The position numbers and the translations under genes were made by a program. The notes beneath the pieces are model-generated. The model searched no databases and was not told where the DNA came from. It saw only the letters and a list, made by a program, of their open reading frames with translations. A DNA stretch of 64,000 nucleotides from Hormiphora californensis (taxonomy: Eukaryota; Animalia; Ctenophora), in contig CM035358.1 in assembly GCA_020137815.1 (NCBI GenBank), forward strand, positions 4,960,001 to 5,024,000, read 5' to 3'. Below are positions 48,901 to 59,442 of this stretch, in pieces (within the stretch, counting starts at the first letter, position 1; every line of letters begins with the position of its first letter).

Positions 48901-50753
48901 GTTTTAGCACGTGTGCTAAAAATATCATAAAGGGTTTAGAAATCTCGGATTTGAAATAGTAACTCGAGCGTGGTCAAAATCGCGTGTGTCACGGTAGCAG
49001 CATAGTAACTGCTCCTTCATAAAATCAAATAACTGTTTTGGTGAAATATGATGTCAGGACGCTTATTTTTCAAAGCTGTGCGCGGCGCTCACAACACTGT
49101 TGCTGAAGGGGTGAGGGTAGAGTAAAACAGCTGTGTAACTGCATATACATACAGGACGCATCTCACATTGTGACCAAGCCTTGATATTGTGATACTGATA
49201 GTGTGATACTGATCCTGTCGACGGAGGGCAGGGAAACACCGCATTATGAATACATAATGCAATAATTCTTGTTTATGGAAATCTGTTGACGGCGATCTTC
49301 GCAAGATCTCAGCCGTACTCCTAAAATTAGCTCTCCCTACTAACCTTGTGGGCTGTCGCACTGCTCAAATTCTCTCCCTACTAACCTTGTGGGCTGTCAC
49401 ACTGCTCAAATTCTCTCCGTACTAACCTTGTGGGCTGTCGCACTGCTCAAATTCTCTCCCTACTAACCTTGTGGGCTGTCGCACTGCTCAAATTCTCTCC
49501 GTACTTGTTCCATCACCATATCTGATAGCTCTGCTCCCTCTGTGTAGTGCCCAGTCGCCCAGTTATTACCTGTTAATTGGTTAATTGATTGGTTAATTGC
49601 GGCTAGGGTACTATTAGTTACTTGAGGAGGAATTATGGGTCGTTATTTTGAGGCAGGGGTTACCAAAATAAATTTAAACTCGTGACGTCTCACAAGTAAC
49701 TTAGCAGTACTAAACGCCTAGGGTGGGTCGCAATGACCACAATTTATTAAGCTTTTTTTCTTTTCTCACGACCTCTCCGCGTCCTTAGTGTTGCAATTAC
49801 CTGCACCATTACGACCATGTACGTAGTTGTCAGGTCGGAATACTGGTCCCAGTGGGCTAGCTTTGATCACATCGATCACACCGGGTTCCAAATCCACTAT
49901 GAGGGCTCGGGGGACATACCTGTGGAAACATACAGTTACCAGGCTATAACAACCTCACTAAAACTCAGTCCGACGACCGACCGACAAACGATCGATCAAC
50001 GACTGATATCAATCGTCAACCAACCGCTCATCAATCGATCGCCGAACCAAATCCCAGCAGGGAAGTATGGCTCATGGAAATGTGATAGAAGAAATCTGGG
50101 AATTCTCAAATCTCAATTAACCTAAGCGAGTTGTTTTTTTTTCTTCGTGTGGGGCGCGGTTAGACAGGATGGAGCAAGGCAAGATTATAGACTACTCAGT
50201 CACAAGTTATCCTTTCGGTAGGTTTTCAGACGCTCCCATTTTTGCAACTTTTGCAACTTTTTATCTATAGTAGTAATACAGCTGTAGTGAGCAACATTTT
50301 AAAATCTCACCTTGCCCCTGAGACCTCTGTCCAGTAGACATTGACCCGATCCAGGCCAGTCTCTGCATCCTCCCCTACATGCGTCCCATCGGGCTGGATA
50401 CCATGTTCTGCACTGATAGTCTCCCAAAACTGAAAGTAGCACATACGTACATTAGTTTATGTCTTGCTGTTTTCTATATCTGCTGAAACTAACAATAATC
50501 CTGGAACGTGATTTGGTTTATTCGCATTGTGAGCGGGGATGTGGCGGATGGAATTGATATATTTGAGGTGGTAGTTCCCATCCTGGAATGTGGCTCGAGT
50601 TTCGAAAATAAACAAGGAAACAAATTGTTTATTTTCGAAACTCGCTGCACATCCATGATGATAACTATTATACCAACTCAAATATTTGTTTGTTACCTTG
50701 AGTCCAACTTGGTTTCCACATTGCCCAACCTGTAAATGAAGAACCTCTCTCAT
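45980..50753 (-). CDS. TUBB: Divergent beta-tubulin (paralog B)
   Basis: 11 exons (50753-50697, 50429-50311, 49919-49801, 49569-49468, 47945-~47818, ~47634-47550, ~47446-47249, ~47061-46929, ~46785-46629, ~46501-46364, ~46091-45980): [101 protein letters not shown]; tail ..[14 protein letters not shown]. Confidence 0.95.
49331..49504. repeat. 41-bp tandem repeat (4 copies) spanning the exon 4 / intron 4 junction of tubulin B
   Basis: Minus-strand unit gtacggagagaatttgagcagtgcgacagcccacaag|gttagt encodes [13 protein letters not shown] followed by the donor site. Confidence 0.92.
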
Positions 50754-51380
50754 TGTATTCAGCTGCTAATAACGGTATTAGGTTGTTAGATTGGAATTAT
50801 ACAATTCAACATGACTTATGGATGAAACTCAATTTATTGAGTAAGGGGTGGCATGGTGGCGTGGGACTAAACAAATCTCGATAGTATTTAACATCATGAC
50901 GGTCACCAAACTCGATTTCAACCTTGTTTCCCCCCAGTTTCTCTGAGAACAACCGACCCTCGCATATCCGAATGATCTTTTATACTTGTCTTGTGAGCAT
51001 ATTTAGTGATCCCAAACTTTCTATAGTACCTCAGCCCCATACGCTGGAGAGTAGCCAGTTTGATCTTGCAGGCTCTATAATGTCTATGTGTTTGTGTTTA
51101 GTTTGTTTTGAGATTCTTTTTCAATTCTAAGTATGAAATTGCCCTGATTTACGCATGCCCTGATCGTCCCTCGATACCACAAAGGTGCTTATAGTGTAGA
51201 ATGACTTTTCTCGACTTCCCAGAGCGAGAGAGAGAGTGAAGTTGATTAGACTCGGGGCCAATGACCGGTTTCTTGTTTGAAGAACTTTCCGGATGCCAGG
51301 ACGTGTGAGAGCGAGTGTAAAGGAATGATGTGAGGAACTGTGAAGGAATGGTAGAGAGAGAGATACTTACTTTTGATACT

Positions 51381-51436
<56 letters not shown>

Positions 51437-51439
51437 GAT

Positions 51440-51472
<33 letters not shown>

Positions 51473-51829
51473 GATCTATACAGAGACAGAGATGACAAAG
51501 ATTTGTTTTTGTGTTAGAGAGTAGAGATATCTCTCTATTAGAGAGAGCTCTAGCTCTGATGATATAGTAGCAGCTCGATCTGAGCTATTTTTTTATATAG
51601 CTCTGCTCTCTCGTCGCTCTCTCCTCTCTCGCTCTCTCCTTTCTCTCTCCCTCTCTCTCTCTCTCTCGATAGCCCGATGACAGACTCCCAGATAAAGACA
51701 ATTACAACACCCACGGCTTTCGCGTGATGTATGTGTTTGATCTTAGGAAAGGAACATACCTTACTCTCGTTTTTTAAGAAACGCTTTAGTAAGAAACTTT
51801 TTTATAAGAAACTTTTCAACACTACTTTA

Positions 51830-54800
51830 AACAAATTAATTTGAGTTTGCCGTCAATCGATCTGATAACTGTGTTAGCATCTTATCTCTAATCTTTTTGA
51901 TCTCTGTTGAGCCTACTTTAACGTACTTACGAGTGAAACTTTTTTGTTCCGTCAACTGTTTTTACCGTTACGAGTAGTAGATATGAAGATGTAGCCCTAA
52001 GAGTGAATTTGAAGATGTGTATTTAGGTGATGTATTAGACAAGTATAAAGGTGTGATTTGTTGATTTGTCTTAGGAGGGATGACACTAATTGCCTCGGGT
52101 GTTTGAAACTCAGCTGTGGGGACATTCTCAAGGTTTGTTACAAACTGATCCCGCTTCACCGCTTACTCTGTTCCTGCGGACAATATGGAACGATGGGAGA
52201 ATCGTTTGAGAAGCTTCAGAAGGATCTCATCAGTACATTTCATCATTGTGGGACACAAGTGGTAGAGAGTGAAGGATTGGAAGGTGTGGTGAGAAGAAAC
52301 GAAGGATATTCAGGAAGAACCTGAAGACTCCTGAGATGAAACATTATGTCCACATAACCACCGGAGGAGGCCAAGGTGAAGAGGAATCTTTCTGTGCAAA
52401 AAGTGGAAGGAATTTGTGAAACCCAAAGTAGAAAGTGCCTGAAGACTGTTCCCTGTGGTAGATCTAGAGTCAATAGTGATCACCAGGTTGATTTTCCGGA
52501 TGAGGACCAACTGAAAGAAGCCAGAGCGAGTGCTTCTCCTCTTGTTCCAGAATGCTCATTGACCTTTTTACTCGGAGGAGACAAAAGAAACTGGACCCAA
52601 AAGTACGATTAATGATCTAGACCCTGAAATTCTTGAAGAGGATGCTCTTCTTGCTGCGATCTTAGATAAGAATGAGGATATTCAGAAAGCTCTTCAATGA
52701 GGATAAGACCTGAAGGTGGTGTTGTGAACAAGAGAGATAGGTATGCAGTAATCCAGACAGCTCCAGAGATCCGGCCGCATCATCTGAACAGAAGGATAGG
52801 ATCAAACATTGGTCTTCGGCAACACTTGGTGAGGAACAGGTATCATGTGATACAGTGCTATAACTGTCAAGGTTTGGACACATGGCAGGCTCAGTGTACT
52901 GCCCTCGGAAGAAGACCCAGTTTGCTGCTTTTGTGCAGGTGGACATCAAACGAAAAGATGTAATGCGAAAAGAAAAGAAAGAGACACGGGAAAATGAAGT
53001 GGGTCAATGTGAGGTAGGAGGCTCGCGCGAGAGGACAGGAAAGTATGCCAAGACCCAACAGCTTCCAGCATGTGGTGGCCCTTCATACATCAATGAACGA
53101 GCAAGGGGAATGGAGAGGACATTGACATGTTAGCAAAAGAGGAAAAAAAACCACTATCTGACGAGGACCCGAGAGGAAAATACGGAGGAAAAGGCTTGGA
53201 AGATTGGCACGTTAAATGTTCGTTCACTGGTTAACAAAACTGGAGGTATCATTTCTCATGGAAGAAACTGGATGTGATATTTGTCTAGTCCAGGAAACCT
53301 TATGAAGTCTACTGATACTGGAAAACTACAGGAGATTAGAGAGAGAAACGGCTGGAACATTTATTCCTGCCAAGGCAGAGCGAGGAGGTGGGGGCGGGGC
53401 ATTGGAATTCTCTTTCGTGAGTTTAGTGTCAAGCAGTGTCAGTGGAAAACACGTTATAAATCGTTCCAGGTCCAGGAAATTCTTATTAGTGACAGGGACC
53501 AACTAAGAGATTGGTGTAATATTTACCGTCCCTCCCTACACTATGAAATCGAGACTAACTGAAGCAACCTTTTCGCAGAGTTTGGTGACTATCTTCGGAA
53601 GTCATGATGAAGCAGGGCACCCCATTCATTGCAGGTGACCTTAACTTCCAGATTCAAGACAAGAAAAAAATTCTATGCCGGAGGCTTTGGAACTGATAGA
53701 CTCGTTCGATCTTGAACAACGAGTACCATGCAACCAACACATCAACATGGAGGAACCCTAGATCTTGTTTTGGTGCCGAGAGACTTGAAAAACTGGAAAC
53801 CTGACCATCTTTCCTGAGGGACAACTTCGGATCATTTCCTGGTACAATTTGAGTTGTGGTAAAGCCTGATCTGGCAAACTATGTGACAAAAAAGTCTTGT
53901 ATTGGGAATACAAGAGATACAATCTATGGATATTGAGGCATTTAAGGAGGACCTGAGAGGATGTGATCCAGATAAGCTGATTGGAAGGGATTCTGAGGAG
54001 GAAACGATAATTAATCTGTACAGATGGCTGGGAAGGTATAGTGGAAAAAAAACGGGGTGCCGAAGAAACGAGTGAGGAGAGGCAAGAAGGTAACAAACCA
54101 TGGAGGGATGAAGAACTCAGAAGTTTACTACGTGAGAGGAGGCAAGCGGAGAGTATTGGCGAAAACATGGAACTTGGGAATCGAACGAGGAGTATTCGTG
54201 AGCTTAAGAAGAAGTTTGGATATATGGATAAGGAGAAGAGGGCTTGTTACATTGAGGATGACCTAGAAGACGCAGTCAAGGACGGACCCAAGGCATTGCA
54301 AAGAAAGCTTCAACGACTTCTTGGAAAAGACGGAGACTATACTTCCTGAAAACACTGACAGTAAGAAACTAGCGGATAGCTTCTCACAGTTTTTCAATTC
54401 AAAAAGTGGACTAAGATCAGGACATTTGTGAAGGAGGAACAGCAAAAGTATGAGGATTCTGAGGAACATGGAAAGTATGAGGATTCTGAGGAACATCAAA
54501 AGTCTGAGGATTTGAGGGAAACACGGGAAGTATGAGGAATATGGGATGTATGAGGATTCTGAGGAAACTGGCAACTGAGGACTGCACGCCTAGATGGACA
54601 GATTTTGCAATGTTAAGGAGGAAGAAAAAGATATCTGTGATCAAGTCAATGTCTAACAAGCACTGCGACCTTGGACCCTCTACCTACTTTGTTGTGAAAG
54701 AATGTGTCAGAGAACTAGCACCAGACTAACTGCAATGGTTAATCAATCCCTTCAAAAAATCATCGGTAGCGGAGACCTCAGAAGGCACTTGTTTCCCAAC

Positions 54801-56582
54801 CATAGAACCCTATGGGGATCGTGAAGCTCTGACGGAACTATCGGCCGGGTATCCGAATATACCATTCCTTTCAAAACTTCTGGAGAAGGTTGTTCTGGGA
54901 CAACTTAATGACTATATCAATGCACTTCTTCTCGGAAAGCCCCAGTATGGTTACAGGGTTGGGCATGCATAGTTGCGAGACTCTCCTCGTTAGTAGTGTT
55001 GATGACTTCTTGGTGAAATGGACAAAGGGGAATGTGGTAGCTCTCATATGTCTGACATGAGCGCTGCCTTTGACACAGTAGACCACGAAGGAATCCTAAA
55101 GTACTACAGCAGAGGTTTGTGTGGTGATGTGTACCACTCCAATGGTTTAGAGGTTTTTGGGCTCTAGGTTTTCTCGGTATCGGTACAGGATTGTCTATCT
55201 GAAAACCTTGGCATTACTCTGTGGGGGTGCCCAGGGCTCTCTTCTTGGAACGGTTTTGTTTCTCTTTACATCGAGGCTTATAACGACATTGTGAAAACCT
55301 TAGGATCTACGGATTAAGGTGTATGCAGACGACTCCCAATTTATGTCAGTCTTGTACCCACGGACCCTATAGGATGGATGGAGGACGAAGGCGGACATTG
55401 AAGAATGCCTGCTAAGCTGAAGAAGTGGATGGTGGAACAGTGGCTGAAGTGCAATGAGGCAAGACGGAGTTCATTCTAGTTGGCAAAAGAGCAGCTCAAT
55501 CAGTAAGATGTCATTTGAAACGGTCATCAACTTTGGAGGAGAAGATATTTACCCAACGGAGTGTAGTGGAAACGGATGGTAAAAACTTTGGTGTTCTTTG
55601 GATCATAATCTGACAATGGAGAGAGCAGGTCAACAATGTTCGGAAACAGTGTGGCTGTGTGTTGAGGAATCTCTGGCAACTGAACAAAGTTTCGATTGTT
55701 TCAACGAAATGATTATGCTAGTAAAGCAGTTTGGTGAATGCTAAGATTGATTACAGTAACATACTGTATTGTGGACTACCTAAAAAAGATCTGGATGGGC
55801 TCCAGAAAGTTCTCAATTCCTGTTTCGCTTCGTCTATAACCTCCGTGGGCACCAGGAAGACTACATGGATTTCTTCCGTCCGTCAGTGCCATATTCTTCC
55901 GATCACTCAGAGACTTACTTTCAAAGCTTGCTTAATAGCCTACAAGATAGTCAGCGGTACAGCACCGGAATACCTCAAGATTTGGTACCTCTTGATGATG
56001 TTGGGGAGCATCTAGAACTACACGGATGACAGGAGTTCTTGATCCCTACAGGCTCAAACACCCTAAGATGTCCAGTATCAATGTAACTCAAAGCTAAGAC
56101 GGAGGAGGATATTGTGTTCCGGCAACGGTGTGGAATGAACTTCCCTTCCAAACTAAGAATCTATTCCTAATGTGGGACACCTTCAATCTCGGTTTAAAGA
56201 CTCATCTGTTCACTGTGGCATTCGGCGAGGTTCCCACGGTTCTGGTATATAGGTACTTGGCCGTGGGCAATTGGTGTCATCCTTTATTTATTTCGGCTTT
56301 TCATTACCTTAGTACCGTTTTTCAAGCTGTGGGATTGAGTGAGTATAGAGTGGTTAAATTTATATCGACAGGTAATGAGACCCGATTATTTCTCAGTACC
56401 ATATAGCAAACCTGTATAGTCTACTTTAAACGTTTTTTTTTTCTACCGTGTTTTTTGTGTGAAGCATTATATATTACACCTAGGATATACCGCTCTCTGA
56501 TGATTTGACAGTTCAGTGTTAATTATATTACTCTGATACTGTTGAATATGGGCGGTATATAAGCTCCAGTTATTATTATTAA
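51830..56582 (+). mobile_element. Near full-length but frameshifted non-LTR retrotransposon (L2/CR1-group LINE)
   Basis: ORF1 zinc-knuckle remnant QCYNCQG (~52853); APE endonuclease KIGTLNVRSLVNK (~53200), IAGDLNF, PTHQHGGTLDLV; RT NYRP..IPFLSKLLEKVV, DMSAAFDTVDH, GVPQGSLLG, YADDSQ (~55322); FKACLIAYK, WNELP, LKTHLF; (tat)n 3' tail at ~56570. Confidence 0.9.
54428..54570. repeat. Degenerate ~27-bp tandem repeat (aagtatgaggattctgaggaac...) inside LINE ORF2
   Basis: About 5 imperfect copies visible. Confidence 0.7.
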
Positions 56583-57726
56583 ATGTAAATCACACAATTC
56601 AGAGACACCACAACAAAATAGAACACCCCTAACTTGTTAGTTTTCTGAATAAAGGAGAAATTCTTTTGTTTTTGGATGCTTACACCTGTAGTTTCCTAGA
56701 AAAAAGTTTCTTATTTAAAAGTTTCTTGAAATTGAAATAGCGGAGGCTTAATAAAGACAGAGAGTAAGGTATTATAGTCTAACAGACGGTGTTCGGATGT
56801 TATAAGATTAAACATCGTCTAATCAAGTCCTCACTCCTCCTCCTTTGTGTATTCAGTATAGGAGGTGTTGCTCTGCTGGGACAAGTCTTGCAATCAACGT
56901 CCAGACGTTTTAATCGCCATGCTTACTAACGTTGACCTCACCCTAATTCCACTTCGCCAGCTAGTCGATTCTATACTGGCATACTGTGAAAGCATAGTTT
57001 GACGTGAGCCTTGGACCGTGTTATGACCTCATTTCTTACACATCTATGAATAATATTTGAATGTGTTTTTTCATTGTCGACAATGAAATTGTCGAGGGAG
57101 TGACCCCTGTGGTGAAATGTCTCAAGAACCTCTCTTCCTGTCCCCCTGCCTCTCCATTCATTTGATTTGATTGATTCGATTGGTCATTGCCCATGGTCGA
57201 TTTATTTCACCCATATCGCGTTACAATAATACGATTTGATTCCGTATGGCCTTCATGTGTAATGCCTTGATACCTTTCTTATATTTTACTTGTATTGTTT
57301 ATACATACTATTATTTTTTATTTTATAAAAAAAATATCAGATTTTTAAATTTTCCACAGTAAAGAATCATAAACCAGTGTTATGTTATAATCCCGGGGCG
57401 CGATGAGAGAGGGTCGCCCAAGACAAGCTAGAAGTCCTGCGAGAGCCAATTCGATTAGTCCCGGCCCAGCTAGGCCAAGGACCGGTCCTCTTATCTATGC
57501 TCATACTTTGAAGAATCACTTTGAGATTCTTCCTGGTCCCTGTTATATTCTCATTGCCCTGGTCCCCGTTATTTTCAGGAGGGAGGGAATGAGAATTTGG
57601 CTGATTCGAGGGAATGAGCTGGAGAGTTTTGGATCAGAGAGACCAAATGAGATAAGAAAATTAAACCAAGGCCCAGCAGAATACCATGAGCTGTGGTATA
57701 TGTTAGGACGGACCCAACGAAAGGAA

Positions 57727-57818
<92 letters not shown>

Positions 57819-58713
57819 CCCGTTTTTGGGGTGAATGAATTACCGCTACAGTCAGTCAAATCATGATTAGTATTTTTAAATTTTATGTTGTTTTTGGTCT
57901 ACACGCTTTTGATGTGAAACAATGTTTCAGAAACATCAATTTGATATGCAGATTCTGCGGTATAATTTTACCCGAGATTGCTGTTTTGTGTGTGATTATT
58001 TCCAATAGTCATCTGGCTCTAAGGCCATTCGAGACACCAGCTGTGTAACTGGAATGAACGGCTGTAATACTGACACGACCCTACCTAATACAATATCACA
58101 TTTCGTATAATTAACAACATTCACATCAGTTAAAATATGACCCCTTGTGGCCTTATTTCATAACTTTCTTTCTCCTTCTCTCTCAACAACTCTCTCTCAA
58201 AAACACAACTAGATATGTCTCTATCTCTAACTTCGCGCGTAGCTATAGACTCGCTACCTATCGCTCTCTCGTATATCCTCTATGAGCTATCTATCTTCTA
58301 GCTATCGATGCTCTCTCTCTCTCTCTCGCTCTCTATATAGCTCTTCGCTAGAGTAGCGCGATAGCGCTACCTCTCTCTCTAGGTTCGATCTATACTCTCT
58401 ATATCTTCTCTCTCTCTCTCTCTCTTCTTCTCTCTCTCCTCTCTCCCAACCACTCTCAGTTTCCCATGGTTCAAATACCACGTGCGTGGTTCAACTTGAC
58501 ACGTGGTAGTCAAACTGTTAAAAGTTTCATTTGTGCCTCTCTTATCTTATTGCATTAGTCGACAGAGAGAGAATGTCTTTATCAGTGTCAATGCATGGTG
58601 CAGGGGGTCATGTAGGTACATTAAAAGTTATATGGTCTCCACTTTCTTCTTGCGGCGTGATTCTGATTGACTTAAATACTTTGTGTGTCAGGCGACTCAA
58701 GACAGTCTTGTTA

Positions 58714-59113
58714 GGCCGGGTCCAGACGAGTGGTAGGTAGCTACTATAGCAGGGTGCTATAGTAGATATCTACCACACCTACCACTCGTCTGGACACTTA
58801 TATCTACCATTACAGGGTGTTATGCCTCGGCCTATTACACCCTGCTATTGCACCCTGCTATGGCAGGGTGCAAGAGTAGGGTGTCATCCGTCTGGACAGC
58901 CTCTGACAACCTACCATTGCAACTTTACTTCTATGGGGCATGAGAAATTTGATACCCCCGATGATTGATTTGTGTCAGAAGGTGTCCAGACGAGTGGTAG
59001 ATGGCTTACTATGGTAGCTTAGCTACCACTCGTCTGGACAGTACCCACCTGCCATAGCACCCTGCCATAGCACCCTGCCATAGTAGCTACCTACCACTCG
59101 TCTGGACCCGGCC
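58714..59113. mobile_element. 400-bp PIF/Harbinger (Tourist-like) MITE
   Basis: tta|ggccgggtccagacgagtggtaggtagctactat ... atagtagctacctaccactcgtctggacccggcc|tta; TTA TSD; internal copies of the tccagacgagtggtag motif. Confidence 0.9.
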
Positions 59114-59180
59114 TTACTCTTTTCCTACTTTTGTGGTTAGCTAGTAGCAGTGATATTTAGTTATACCCATCAACCATTAC

Positions 59181-59256
59181 TTGGTGACATAGACACCTGG
59201 CGCGACCAAGATTGAGCTCACAGCGGGGGTCGCGCCAGGTGTCTATATGTCACCAA
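59181..59256. repeat. Short hairpin dispersed repeat (catagacacctgg...ccaggtgtctat)
   Basis: A related shorter copy lies at ~43952-43990. Confidence 0.7.
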
Positions 59257-59442
59257 ACCCATTACCTTGTTATGTTCTAACCCTTCTTTACAACTAGTTG
59301 CAACTGAGCACGTAGTATGTTAGGCAGTAGCTTCGATTTAACTAAACTTTAATGTTCATCTTATTAATGTTAATCATTAACTAATTTAATATTTTCACTA
59401 CAGCTCCAGCAGCCATGGACAGCTTTAACGAGTGAAGATATT

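Larger units (their letters stand above)
51759..56769. mobile_element. TA-flanked TIR element interrupted by a LINE
   Basis: ta|ccttactctc..aagaaactttt..ataagaaactttt at 51759-51815 is inversely repeated at ~56700-56769 (..gagagtaagg|ta). Confidence 0.65.

Noticed and set aside
39389-50753. Alpha, gamma, delta or epsilon tubulin identity suggested by the divergence and terminal Tyr
   Set aside because: Beta-specific NNWAxGxYTEGAEL, [11 protein letters not shown] and HWYTGEGMD motifs are present in both genes.
58200-58445. Irregular CT/TA/CG-rich stretch (also 51500-51670) as a structured element
   Set aside because: Resembles a noisy read-through of a (CT)n microsatellite; no consistent symmetry or period.
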